Below, in pieces: positions 9,559 to 19,020 of a stretch of 64,000 nucleotides of DNA; positions within the stretch are counted from its first letter, which is position 1, and each line of letters starts with the position of its first letter. The notes beneath the pieces are model-generated. The model was not told where the DNA came from, did not search any database, and worked only from the letters and a program-made list of their open reading frames with translations. Source of the DNA: Candidatus Brockarchaeota archaeon (GTDB lineage: Archaea; Thermoproteota; EX4484-205; JAAOZP01); assembly GCA_017601245.1 (NCBI GenBank), contig JAFNJB010000055.1:56455-120454 (forward strand). The letters are read 5' to 3'. The translations under genes and the position numbers were made by a program.

Positions 9559-10397
9559 CTCTTACTCGCCTCGTAGTAAACGTATCTTATTAATTCTCGT
9601 GCAATATTTATCTTCAAATTTTCTTCAACACCCTTAAAATCCGGCTGGGAGTTAACATCTAATATAAAGGCTTTATCCCCCTTGAGCGATATGTCTACTC
9701 CGGCGAAATCACATTTTAAAAAGGTCGAGGCTTTAATAGCAAGTTCTTTTATCTCTTCACTGGCTTCAAAACTGCTTCCAACTCCGCCTTGAGATATGTT
9801 TGTAACGGGCTTTTCTGAAGTCCTCTTCATAACCGCTATTACACATCCTCCCAAGACCAATACCCTAAGGTCCCAATTATCTTCTTTAGCACATGATTGA
9901 GCTATCCAAACCATACTGCCCCCAGCGAAGCATAGTTCCTTAGAGTCTTCAATTAATCTTACTCCTCTTCCACGCGAGCCGTAAGTTGGTTTTAAGAAGA
10001 AGGGTAGATTCATTTCAGCAAGCATCTTTCTAGAAGGGGATATTATGGAATCGGGTATGGGAAGATTGTTTAACGATAAATTCCTGTAAGTGATAGTCTT
10101 GTCTAGAGTATTAAAATATCCCTGGAAAGAATTTAACACGTAAAAACCCTCTTCCTCAAGTATTCTTGTAAGGAACATGGCATAAAGCATTATCGGGCTG
10201 GATGTCGTCTTAGGTCTTGATAACACGCTTCTAACATTATTGTCAAATGCTCTCAGCAAGGTTTTCCCATTTTCGATCAAAACCGCAGTATCTTTAAAAT
10301 CAACTATTTTACAAGGTATTCCCTGCTTATTCGCCTCCTCTAATAAACGCATTGAGAAGTACGACATCGGTTTATGCGTTAAAATCGCTATTGCCAA
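9555..10397 (-). CDS. RimK/LysX-family ATP-grasp ligase (possible CofF-type alpha-glutamate ligase)
   Basis: LDK, LKPTYGSRGRGV, WDLRVLV, TNISQGG, AGVDI, LDVNSQP. Confidence 0.88.
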   Translation of the reverse strand: MAIAILTHKPMSYFSMRLLEEANKQGIPCKIVDFKDTAVLIENGKTLLRAFDNNVRSVLSRPKTTSSPIMLYAMFLTRILEEEGFYVLNSFQGYFNTLDKTITYRNLSLNNLPIPDSIISPSRKMLAEMNLPFFLKPTYGSRGRGVRLIEDSKELCFAGGSMVWIAQSCAKEDNWDLRVLVLGGCVIAVMKRTSEKPVTNISQGGVGSSFEASEEIKELAIKASTFLKCDFAGVDISLKGDKAFILDVNSQPDFKGVEENLKINIARELIRYVYYEASKS

Positions 10398-10425
10398 TTC
10401 TACTTTAAACGCTCTACGCCTAAAT

Positions 10426-11031
10426 TTAAGCTTGATGTGCCAACAATTCTAAAAGCACAGAGCCCAAAGCTTTTAAAGTCGAGGCCTTGTCCTCCCCGCC
10501 TACGATGATTATTGAATCACCTTCTTTAGGCCCTATTTCACATATCTTGATATGATCCCTGTCGGAAATGGATTTAAGGTCATTGGTAACGTAGGGCACT
10601 TCTACGCTTCCATCTTTATAGAAGAGGAGGACTGCACCGGTTCCACCGAATCTGACAACCATATCCCTAATTCTCAGTATTTCAGATATTTTGATACCTC
10701 TTAGTACAGCAGCGTAATTTATCTTCCCTACTGACAAATATTCCAAGCTAATCCTACATATCTTTGGTACGAACACCCTTATTTTACTAAGCATGCTTAC
10801 GCCCTTTTCGGTCAATTTGCTACCTGCCCTAGAAGTAGATATCAATCTATGTTTTTTCATGTACTTAATCATGCTTTTTACAGAACCCTCTCCAAGGCCC
10901 AAAAGCTCCTGAAGCCTAGCTCTAGACAAGCCGCCTTCAGCATAAAACATGGCTAAAATAACATGGCCAATGTTAAAATCCTTAGGGTGTTTCTCGAGTT
11001 CTTTCACCATCTTCTTTAAAACTTGTTCCAC
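10426..11031 (-). CDS. Winged-helix DNA-binding protein (DUF4443-like)
   Basis: LSRARLQELLGLGEGSVKSM...GSKLTEKG winged HTH; C-terminal IRDMVVRFGGTGA domain. Confidence 0.72.
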   Translation of the reverse strand: MEQVLKKMVKELEKHPKDFNIGHVILAMFYAEGGLSRARLQELLGLGEGSVKSMIKYMKKHRLISTSRAGSKLTEKGVSMLSKIRVFVPKICRISLEYLSVGKINYAAVLRGIKISEILRIRDMVVRFGGTGAVLLFYKDGSVEVPYVTNDLKSISDRDHIKICEIGPKEGDSIIIVGGEDKASTLKALGSVLLELLAHQA

Positions 11032-11065
11032 AAAGTATTACAACTAGGGCTTCTGTAGAAAAACT

Positions 11066-11569
11066 TTAAGGCTTCTCAGGCGGCCAATGACTTGTGTCGA
11101 CAAGACACCATGCTATCACATCGCCGTCACTCAGAAAGTATGAATCGCATCCAGTTTCACCGAGCACCCAATCCTTTTTCGTAACGTCCCACTTATACCA
11201 AATCCAGTAATAGGAATCATGGGAATTCACATTGTTTATGCCTAGTACGAAGATGCCAAATGGGAAAGTCTGATAGCTCACCCTGCCCTTAGTCACGTAA
11301 ACAGTTGCGTTGAAAAGCGTCCATCCTACGGGAACCATAGTATTGTTGAACCATGTCTTGGTACCGTTTTCATACTTTATAAGTATGTTTACTCTATTGG
11401 TTATGCCTTCAACGCTTTTTAATAGCTCTGAGTAAGTCTTTTCTATATTATCTAACTGCATTTTCAAGTTGATTAAGAACATGGCTTCTCCTATTGCTAT
11501 TGCTAATAGGAATATTGTTGTAATAAACCATACGCTTCGTGGAAGTTTCATCTTGGACATTTTATCCAA
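11066..11569 (-). CDS. DUF4430 (transcobalamin C-terminal-like beta-grasp) membrane-anchored protein, putative cobalamin binder
   Basis: N-terminal TM helix and coiled coil, then TLFNAT...FGIFVLGINNV...YWIWY...GETGCDSYFLSDGDVIAW. The true start may be ATG 11560 or 11551. Confidence 0.8.
   Translation of the reverse strand: MDKMSKMKLPRSVWFITTIFLLAIAIGEAMFLINLKMQLDNIEKTYSELLKSVEGITNRVNILIKYENGTKTWFNNTMVPVGWTLFNATVYVTKGRVSYQTFPFGIFVLGINNVNSHDSYYWIWYKWDVTKKDWVLGETGCDSYFLSDGDVIAWCLVDTSHWPPEKP
11553..11569. promoter_or_regulatory. Palindromic operator candidate, copy 1 (TTGGACATTTTATCCAA)
   Basis: Near-perfect inverted repeat, 16/17 identical to the copy at 12139-12155; 9 nt downstream of a minus-strand TTTAAATA box (11579-11586). 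Confidence 0.7.
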
Positions 11570-12125
11570 GATATCTCCTATTTAAATTTTTATCCTCTTG
11601 TCCGCTTACGCCACATATTACTGGTGTAATTAAGGGAAATAAAAACGCATTAGAAATCTCATGGATTAATCCCATTGGTAGAGGGAAATTCATCGTAAGC
11701 AACCCCATTATAACGGATCCGTAGAAAAGGTATCCTACGAAACTGTTTGTTATTACATCGTAAACAAAAGTGGAGAAAAAACCTAATGAGCTTAGGAATA
11801 GAGAATTATATAGATTTATCCTATTCCACTCCGCTTTAAGGCTTAAGGCAATTCTAGAAAATAGAACATAAACCATCTCGCTCAGAGTAACTAATATCAA
11901 TGTCGGTAGGCTAAAGCCCCAGGGGTTCAACGTTCCATAGACTATCCATATAACCACCGCTAGAGTTGCTCCAAATCTCATCCCGAATGCTAGGCTGGAT
12001 GCGAAAACTATGGAGTCCATAAGCTTAACATTTGGAACAATTACTAAAGCATAATTCGAAGAAATTGTCAGGGCTGATAGTAACGATAGAAGAGCAATGT
12101 TTCTTGCAAGCATTCTGGTTTTCAT
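11562..12125 (-). CDS. ECF transporter S-component, CbrT (cobalamin)-like
   Basis: About 6 TM helices; IVPNV in loop 1 and HEISNAFLF in the last helix match the CbrT-type IPNV / H-x-x-GN pattern; adjacent to a DUF4430 gene. Confidence 0.75.
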   Translation of the reverse strand: MKTRMLARNIALLSLLSALTISSNYALVIVPNVKLMDSIVFASSLAFGMRFGATLAVVIWIVYGTLNPWGFSLPTLILVTLSEMVYVLFSRIALSLKAEWNRINLYNSLFLSSLGFFSTFVYDVITNSFVGYLFYGSVIMGLLTMNFPLPMGLIHEISNAFLFPLITPVICGVSGQEDKNLNRRYLG

Positions 12126-12138
12126 ATTCTTATTCTAT

Positions 12139-12155
12139 TTGGATATTTTATCCAA
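12139..12155. promoter_or_regulatory. Palindromic operator candidate, copy 2 (TTGGATATTTTATCCAA)
   Basis: Perfect 7-3-7 inverted repeat between a minus-strand TTTAATAA box (12160-12167) and the ATG at 12125. Confidence 0.72.
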
Positions 12156-12287
12156 CATCTTATTAAAGTTATATTCATAACCTTAACTTCAAAAATCAAC
12201 GATGAGGCTTAATCCATGTCTGTGAAAAGTTTTTAAATCGTGGTTTTTAAATAGAGTGAAAAGTTTAAAATACCGGAGGTCTGTGGT

Positions 12288-13235
12288 ATGAATATGCCAT
12301 CTAGGGTTATGATATTGCTAATAGCTATCATTACATTAATCAGTGCTTTTTCTGTTTACCGGTATTACAATAATAACCATCCTCAAGATGTGTCAAGGTC
12401 TGAGAGAATATCTTTACTTATGAGCCTTAACTTGACGGATCGTGAGACTGCCATATTGTTCGACGATAAATACAGTTATATGGCTGTTAACGGAAGCTAC
12501 AATCAGACTGTTCTCGAATTCTTCTCATACTGGTGTCTTAATCAAAGCCTTGCTGAGGAATGTCTAAATGCTTTTAAAAACGTTTGGGAAGCAAATAATT
12601 GCCTTTCTAAATACTATGAAAGGCCTAAGAGGATATTGTTTCTCATTGAACATGCTAATGCAACAGAGTCTGAAGCAGAGTTTTTCGATCGAGAATATAG
12701 CTATCTAGCTACGGGTACTGAGTATAATCAGACTGTTCTCAAATTCTTCAATTATTGGCGTGTAAATAACAGTTTAGCATCCCTTTCTTTAAGCATTCTT
12801 CAAGATATTGAAGAGACTAATAGCTACCTTTCTCAAATAGAAGGTGTTAACAAGAATTTTCTTTCAAAAGAGGATTTAACGCTAATTCTCGCAATATACA
12901 CTGATAAGGAAGAGTATTCGCTTACTAAGGGTGAAGAGTTAAAATTAACAGTTACTTTATTGAGCAGCAAGAATTTGGGGGATGTTAATATTGAAATATT
13001 TGGTTTTAAAAGTCGTCACAGGGGATATGTGGTTAATAATAAATGGATTGATCCTAGGGGTGTTTTGAAGATTCCAGTTCAGAGGGGTTTTAATTCAAAA
13101 ACATTCAGCATAGATATTCCATGCTCGCCTTGCTACGGTATTCAAAGCGGTTTAAACAATTTGACATGTGTAATTAAATATGGTAACTTGAGTCTAAGCG
13201 TTACAAAATCATTCCTATTAAAATCGGAATCTTAA
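12288..13235 (+). CDS. Membrane-anchored extracellular protein with a tandem 75-aa repeat and C-terminal CxxC
   Basis: N-terminal TM helix; repeats FDDKYSY..YNQTVLEFFSYW / FDREYSY..YNQTVLKFFNYW; PCSPCY near the C-terminus; GGAGG RBS upstream. Confidence 0.7.
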   Translation: MNMPSRVMILLIAIITLISAFSVYRYYNNNHPQDVSRSERISLLMSLNLTDRETAILFDDKYSYMAVNGSYNQTVLEFFSYWCLNQSLAEECLNAFKNVWEANNCLSKYYERPKRILFLIEHANATESEAEFFDREYSYLATGTEYNQTVLKFFNYWRVNNSLASLSLSILQDIEETNSYLSQIEGVNKNFLSKEDLTLILAIYTDKEEYSLTKGEELKLTVTLLSSKNLGDVNIEIFGFKSRHRGYVVNNKWIDPRGVLKIPVQRGFNSKTFSIDIPCSPCYGIQSGLNNLTCVIKYGNLSLSVTKSFLLKSES

Positions 13236-13237
13236 AT

Positions 13238-14347
13238 TTGATGCAAAAACATTTCAAAAGTTTTCCGTCACTTGTCTTTACAGTAATATTCTTCTCGATT
13301 TTTCTGACGATTGCTAATGCTTCACCTCAGAATATAACCGTTTACTACTTTGTTGCAGAAGGCTGTGAACATTGCATAAGGGCTGAGAATCATATCAGCG
13401 TGATCAAGACGCATTATCCTAGCGTAGTTTTCAAAAGGTTCGACATATTTAATAACGATACTAACGTTGAACTGTTCATTACCCTTGCCGAAGGCTTTAA
13501 CATAACTGAAGAAAATCGTGAGGTGCCAGCGGTTTTCATAGGTGATAAGTGTCTAATTGGAGAGGAAGCCATTATTCAGAAATTAGAAAGTCTCATACTG
13601 GAATATACTAGTGGCGAGTATTACGATAAGGCTGGTGAAATAATAGAGCACTTAAAGAAGGATCGTACTGCATTATCCCTCCCCTCTCTAGCAAGCGTAG
13701 TAATCGCTGCCTTCATAGATTCACTAAACCCTTGTGCATTTGCTACAATAATACTGCTCTTAACATATTCTATTTCACAGGGCTCCCCTAAGAGGATGCT
13801 GTTAAATTGCGGAGCGTTCATAATCGGCGTCTTAGTCTCTTACTTTAGCATTGGCATGGGTCTACTATACTTGATTAACATTTCTCCATTTAGAATATTA
13901 TTGCGTTACTTAATCGGCTCAGTAGCAATCTTCTTCGCAATACTGGAGTTTAAGGAATTCCTTTTTTACGGCAAGGGTATAAACCTCGAACGGCCTGATG
14001 CTTTAGACAGGATCATAAAAAGATACTCTTCTAACATAACAATTGCAGCAGGTTTTCTAATTGGCATGGCTGTTTCGATGATTGAATTACCTTGTACCGG
14101 TGGAATCTACATATCAATGCTATACGTGCTTGCAAAAGTGGGTTTGACATTACAGGTTTTCTTACTCCTCCTTTTATACAACGTAATATTCATTCTACCC
14201 CTTATCGTTATCGTCATTCTCGTTTACTTAGGTAAGAGTTTATTGGAGATCGATGCTTGGAGGATTGAGAAGAGAAGGTACATGAGGCTGATAGCGGGGA
14301 TACTCCTGCTAATAGTGAGTATTGCAATAATTACTGGCTTAATCTAA
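13238..14347 (+). CDS. Thioredoxin-fold plus CcdA/DsbD-beta transmembrane electron transporter
   Basis: Signal peptide, CEHC, cis-Pro motif EVPAV, then a TM domain with DSLNPCAF and ELPCTGG. Confidence 0.88.
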   Translation: MMQKHFKSFPSLVFTVIFFSIFLTIANASPQNITVYYFVAEGCEHCIRAENHISVIKTHYPSVVFKRFDIFNNDTNVELFITLAEGFNITEENREVPAVFIGDKCLIGEEAIIQKLESLILEYTSGEYYDKAGEIIEHLKKDRTALSLPSLASVVIAAFIDSLNPCAFATIILLLTYSISQGSPKRMLLNCGAFIIGVLVSYFSIGMGLLYLINISPFRILLRYLIGSVAIFFAILEFKEFLFYGKGINLERPDALDRIIKRYSSNITIAAGFLIGMAVSMIELPCTGGIYISMLYVLAKVGLTLQVFLLLLLYNVIFILPLIVIVILVYLGKSLLEIDAWRIEKRRYMRLIAGILLLIVSIAIITGLI

Positions 14348-14349
14348 CT

Positions 14350-15675
14350 CTAACCGAATGCTCTTGTTATCTTAACGTTCCTAATTACTGCAGTGGGAGC
14401 ATATGTTGGTACTTCTACCTCCCACCATTTAATGGGATAGAGCCTGTCTGAAAGAAGTTCTATGTTAGAAATGATTCTTTGAAGATTGTCGCTTATTCTA
14501 CATCCTTTGACTGGATACTTAATCTCGCCATCTTCAACGTAGAAAGCACCGTCCCTAACTATAGTGGAGAAGTCTCCAGTCTTATAGTTCTGGTATCTCT
14601 GATACCAACTGTTTGTTAAAAATAATCCTTTTCCAAGTTTCTGCAACATGTCTTCTTCCTTTACGTTACCAGGCTTAATTATTATGTTCCAAGGATGTGG
14701 GTATATTATTCCAGCGTTTCCTGTGGATGATGTTCCAGCAACCCTAGCCGTCCTACTATTGTGTAAATAGTTTTTTAAAACACCGTTCTCTATTATTACC
14801 GTTCTCTGAGTAGGTATGCCCTCCTCGTCGAAAATTTTCTCACCTAGACCCTGAGGCATAGTAGGATCATCTATAATAGTTAGCTCATCTGCACCAACCT
14901 TCTCACCAAGCTTACCGCTGAGAAAGCTCATTTCTATTTGAACAAGAAAGCCTGAGGCAAAACCTGCAACCTCACTCATTATATTTGCAAATATTAATGG
15001 TCCCATGTAAACATCATACACCCCTTCTTCTATGAATCTTGGGTTTAGGCTCTTTCTAGCTATTTCGCCAGCCCTCCTACCAGCATCGTAAGGATCGAAG
15101 TCTCTTAGAGTTGTAGAGCATGAGACCCATTGCCCAGTTGCTTCTGAACTTGCAAACGCCCGGTGGTTAAGGCTTATTGATGAAGATTCTTCTTGTAAGT
15201 CTAGGCCTGTTGAAGAAACAAGCCTCTCCTCCTGGTGATCAGCATATATTATTCCCGCGCTCCTCTCTGCACCAGATTCCCTGCTTGCCTTAACAGCTTC
15301 GGAAACATAGGAAATCAATTGCTCATCCATTCTCCTTATTCTCCCCTCAACCCTTTTTCCAGTCCTATAATTGAAAGGCCCTTTCGGTATTGGAGCATAA
15401 TACGGGGATGGTGGGGAGTTTTTAGTCATGGTTATAACATCGTCAACGATTTTCTCGATGAAGTCTTCGGAGACGTTTTCAAAGCTTCCCAAGAAGCTTC
15501 TTTCCCTAATGCTGCTGTATATTGTTACGGTATTTATCACCTCGGAGAGGGCTATGGTGGGTTCATTGTTAGCATATCTTACAGAGCTCCTCTCATGTGT
15601 TCTCAGTATTACTATTGCTTCTTCAGCTCCTTTTTCCATTAGCATTTTCAAAACCTTCTCATGAAGCTCAACCAT
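14350..15675 (-). CDS. pmbA: TldE/PmbA subunit of the TldD/E metalloprotease
   Basis: FDEEGIPT, LKNYLHN, STGNAG, TGDFS; no HExxGH motif; directly downstream of tldD. Confidence 0.9.
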   Translation of the reverse strand: MVELHEKVLKMLMEKGAEEAIVILRTHERSSVRYANNEPTIALSEVINTVTIYSSIRERSFLGSFENVSEDFIEKIVDDVITMTKNSPPSPYYAPIPKGPFNYRTGKRVEGRIRRMDEQLISYVSEAVKASRESGAERSAGIIYADHQEERLVSSTGLDLQEESSSISLNHRAFASSEATGQWVSCSTTLRDFDPYDAGRRAGEIARKSLNPRFIEEGVYDVYMGPLIFANIMSEVAGFASGFLVQIEMSFLSGKLGEKVGADELTIIDDPTMPQGLGEKIFDEEGIPTQRTVIIENGVLKNYLHNSRTARVAGTSSTGNAGIIYPHPWNIIIKPGNVKEEDMLQKLGKGLFLTNSWYQRYQNYKTGDFSTIVRDGAFYVEDGEIKYPVKGCRISDNLQRIISNIELLSDRLYPIKWWEVEVPTYAPTAVIRNVKITRAFG

Positions 15676-15676
15676 G

Positions 15677-17110
15677 CTATCCTACACCTCCTACCCTGAT
15701 GCTCCTTATTCTTACACTGGGTCCCCCGGTGTATACTGGTACTCCTTGCATAGGATCTCCCTTACCGCACGTTGCTGCTGTAAAACCCAAATCCCTGCCT
15801 ACGGCATCGATGCTTGTGAAAAGCTTCTCGGTAGTTATTTCTATGACCGGATTTTTAACGGGAACCGTTAATTTACCATCTTCTATGAGATAGGCTTCAA
15901 GACCAACGTATCTCTGGTTCCACCTTTTATCGTCAATATTCCACTCCATAAAGCTCTTGATATAGACTCCTTTCGAAACATCGTTTAAAAGCTCTTCTAA
16001 AGTGTAATCTCCCGGAAGCATGAAGGTATTAGACATCCTAACTATCGGCTCCACATCGTATCCTGATGCTCTTGCAGAACCATTGCTTTTTACACCCAGC
16101 TTTGCTGCAGTCTCCCTGTTCATTAAGAATTCGAATATCCTTCCCTCTTTTATCAAGTATTTTCTCCTAGCCTTAACTCCCTCGTCGTCGAAAAGATAAA
16201 ACCCAAAGGAGCCGGGTATAGTTGGGTCGTCGACCAGATTGACAATTTCACTTCCAATCTTCCTACCAATATCGTTCGGCGTCAGATATGATTCGCCTGC
16301 TTGAGCCCCTTCTCTACCAAGTATTCTATCAGCTTCCCCAGGGTGTCCAGAGGCTTCATGCGATATTATTCCCGTCACCTCGCTACCGATAACCACGTCC
16401 ATAATCCCCTCAGGAGTCCTTATTGAATCGACAAGCATTTTATGAAGCGCTTTTACCTCTTCTTTTAGCTTCTCCTCAAGCTTCCAAGACTCTACGGCTT
16501 CCAAGCCTCCTGAGCCTCCAAATTGCAGGGTTCTCTGTATAACCCCCTTAGAGGGATCCGCTACTGTTATCAATGCTGAGAAAGAGGGGCGTGTTGTCCT
16601 TGATGATATGAAAGCCCCTTCAGTGTTAACATATAATCGTTCGCTCCTTTCTTCTGAATAGGCTAGATATCTAGATGATACGCTTACACCTTGGCTTAAA
16701 ATCTCATCATCCAATTTCTTAAGGAAATCGACTTTATCGTTTAAACTCCAATTCTCAAGATTCTTCTTTTCGAAAACACTCCACTCTATAGAATATGCCT
16801 CTTCTTCTGAAAAACTAATAGCTGTCTTCTTATTTAATGAAGATGCCCTGGCCATTTTAATGGCTTTATCCACTACGCTTGTAATCGTTTCAGGCTTTAA
16901 TAGATTAGTTGAAGCAAAACCCAATCCTCCATTAACGATAACCCTAATACCTATTCCTCTTTCATAATTTGCCTCAACTGCTTCCACTTCTCCGTTTTTT
17001 AAAGCAATGTTTTTCTCAAAATCGTTGTGGAATCTAGCTTCGGCATAGGAGGCTCCGGATGCAATAGCATAATCGAGAATCCTTTTCAACAGTTCAACCA
17101 AGTTTGTCAT
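15677..17110 (-). CDS. tldD: TldD metalloprotease subunit
   Basis: HEASGHPGEAD zinc motif, FDDEGV, PIVRMSNT, CGKG. Confidence 0.93.
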   Translation of the reverse strand: MTNLVELLKRILDYAIASGASYAEARFHNDFEKNIALKNGEVEAVEANYERGIGIRVIVNGGLGFASTNLLKPETITSVVDKAIKMARASSLNKKTAISFSEEEAYSIEWSVFEKKNLENWSLNDKVDFLKKLDDEILSQGVSVSSRYLAYSEERSERLYVNTEGAFISSRTTRPSFSALITVADPSKGVIQRTLQFGGSGGLEAVESWKLEEKLKEEVKALHKMLVDSIRTPEGIMDVVIGSEVTGIISHEASGHPGEADRILGREGAQAGESYLTPNDIGRKIGSEIVNLVDDPTIPGSFGFYLFDDEGVKARRKYLIKEGRIFEFLMNRETAAKLGVKSNGSARASGYDVEPIVRMSNTFMLPGDYTLEELLNDVSKGVYIKSFMEWNIDDKRWNQRYVGLEAYLIEDGKLTVPVKNPVIEITTEKLFTSIDAVGRDLGFTAATCGKGDPMQGVPVYTGGPSVRIRSIRVGGVG

Positions 17111-17200
17111 GTTCCTAAGAATCTTAATCTTTTTTATAAACTTCTCGCATCTTTTTTTGGGAAAATATTTAAGCTGCTTTATTGTTATTTTTTAACAGTT

Positions 17201-17605
17201 TTGACAGAAGAGTTAAAGAGGGTGCTTTCGGAAATCCAGAGTTCCCTATGTCCACTAACTTTTTCAATGAGAAAGTATATTGACAATGGTTTAGAGGTTA
17301 ATATAGATGATATTGACACTCTAGGGCAGAGTTTTATTTCGCTTGCAAACCGTTTCAGGAATCAACTTAAGGAATTAAAGCACACAGTCTTGTCGCTTAC
17401 TCTCATGGAAGCTGGTGTAAGTATAAGGGGAAGAGTTAGGAGAATGAGGAGGAGAGGAGTATCAGCAGATGATATCGTGTTCTTTGAGGAAGTTTATTCT
17501 CTAGTAAAACTTATTGAAGATAGTATTGCTTCCGGAGAGTATTATGAGGAGCTTTTAAAAATATATCGAGGTAAGCTTAACGAAGATCTCCACACTCACA
17601 CATAG
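17201..17605 (+). CDS. Hypothetical helical protein (start re-called to TTG 17201)
   Basis: The ORF-track start at 17027 overlaps tldD; a TATTTAAG box at 17166-17173 supports TTG 17201 (MTEELKRVL...). Confidence 0.6.
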   Translation: MTEELKRVLSEIQSSLCPLTFSMRKYIDNGLEVNIDDIDTLGQSFISLANRFRNQLKELKHTVLSLTLMEAGVSIRGRVRRMRRRGVSADDIVFFEEVYSLVKLIEDSIASGEYYEELLKIYRGKLNEDLHTHT

Positions 17606-18332
17606 CATCGTGTATGATCGATTCCAATGCTTCAAATCCTGTTTTAGTAATGGCTGAAACAAAAACAGTTCTTTGTCTCCTAAGCATAGGATGTATGATT
17701 CTAGAATATTCTAACATGTATTCCTGTAAGAGTCCACCCTCTTCTTCAACAATCCTTTTTTCTAAATAATCCGGATTCTGCATTAAGAGTTCCAGATCGC
17801 TTCTTCCCAATGCATCAGCTTTGGTAACTACGTGGACAAGTGGAACGTTTAATCTCAACCTGCACGCTGCTGCTAATGAAAACATAGCTATAAGATCGCT
17901 TGGGTGACATATTAGCTGACCGTCTATTAAAAATACTATTATCGTCCTACCAATTCCAGAAAGGCTATTTACAATCTCCGGCCCCGTATTTCTGAATACG
18001 AACAACTCGCTTTGGCCGGGAGTATCAATAAGCCTATAATCTGCTTGGGAAAGTTCTATTCTAGAAGTTAATTCACGACTCTTTTCAGCCAACATGTCCA
18101 TGGCCCTTATCATAGCTCCATTTGGCCCTAGCTTTTCCCTCTTCATTATCTCCTCAACTGTAAAGAATTCTCTAATATCGAATGATGGAGAATAGGGTAC
18201 TTCTTCAGCTCCAGGATCAAGATTTACAAAAGAAATTTTCTGACCGCTTGAGCCTAGCCACTTACCATATTCGCTAACTAGAGTTGTCTTTCCCGATCCA
18301 GCTGGACCTATGAAAACTATCTGCATTACCAA
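17577..18332 (-). CDS. GPN-loop GTPase
   Basis: GPAGSGKT, NLDPG, LGPNG, DTPGQ, TKAD, C-terminal CECGD. Confidence 0.93.
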   Translation of the reverse strand: MVMQIVFIGPAGSGKTTLVSEYGKWLGSSGQKISFVNLDPGAEEVPYSPSFDIREFFTVEEIMKREKLGPNGAMIRAMDMLAEKSRELTSRIELSQADYRLIDTPGQSELFVFRNTGPEIVNSLSGIGRTIIVFLIDGQLICHPSDLIAMFSLAAACRLRLNVPLVHVVTKADALGRSDLELLMQNPDYLEKRIVEEEGGLLQEYMLEYSRIIHPMLRRQRTVFVSAITKTGFEALESIIHDAMCECGDLR

Positions 18333-18379
18333 TTTTACTTAGAGACTCAAACCGAGACTACTTAAATATTGTATTAGGA

Positions 18380-18997
18380 TTAAGCTTCTCCCTCGATTTC
18401 TTTCAATAGCCTTGATAAGAAAGCCTCCATGAATTCGTGTCTTTCTTTTGCAATTGCTTTAGCCATCCTAGTGTTTAATAAATACCTTATTTTAAGAAGC
18501 TTATCGTAAAAATGTTTGAGAGTTGAAGCAACGTTCTCATCTTTAGAATAAATGGGGATTTTCCTATTACCTCCGTGGGAGAACGTTCTCGCAATGCCTA
18601 TGGCACCGATTGCATCCAGGCGGTCGGCATCTTGGAGTATTTTCGCCTCTAAGGTGGTTGCTTTGATTCCACTCTTGAACCTGTGTTGTCTAATTGCTTC
18701 TTGGACTTTTACTATCTTATCTCTTGGGAAACCTATTTCATAAAGGATTTTACCTGCAATCTCAGCGCTTTTCTCAGAATGGTCGATGCCTTCCTCAAAC
18801 TCGTATGAAATACCAACGTCGTGAAGAAGGGCTGCTGCAGTAAGTACCTCGGGATCACCGCCCTCCTCATTCATAATCTTCATACACATTTTATAGACTC
18901 TTTCAGCATGAGACCAATCATGTCCAGGATCTGAATTGTAATACTTCAATGCCTTCTCTCTAATTAAATCTACTAAACTATTCATGTTCTGGAACAT
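18380..18997 (-). CDS. HD-domain metal-dependent phosphohydrolase
   Basis: GHDWSH, LLHDVG, QHRF, QDADRLDAIGAIGIAR. Confidence 0.92.
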   Translation of the reverse strand: MFQNMNSLVDLIREKALKYYNSDPGHDWSHAERVYKMCMKIMNEEGGDPEVLTAAALLHDVGISYEFEEGIDHSEKSAEIAGKILYEIGFPRDKIVKVQEAIRQHRFKSGIKATTLEAKILQDADRLDAIGAIGIARTFSHGGNRKIPIYSKDENVASTLKHFYDKLLKIRYLLNTRMAKAIAKERHEFMEAFLSRLLKEIEGEA

Positions 18998-19020
18998 CTC
19001 CGTAAAGACCTTATGCTGAG

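Noticed and set aside
14350-17110. tldD/pmbA as part of a RiPP biosynthetic cluster
   Set aside because: No YcaO, radical SAM enzyme or precursor peptide is adjacent; TldD/E pairs are common archaeal housekeeping genes.
17027-17200. N-terminal extensions given in the ORF track (17027, 24448, 58363)
   Set aside because: They overlap divergent genes or promoter regions; downstream starts with TATA-like boxes at normal spacing fit better.
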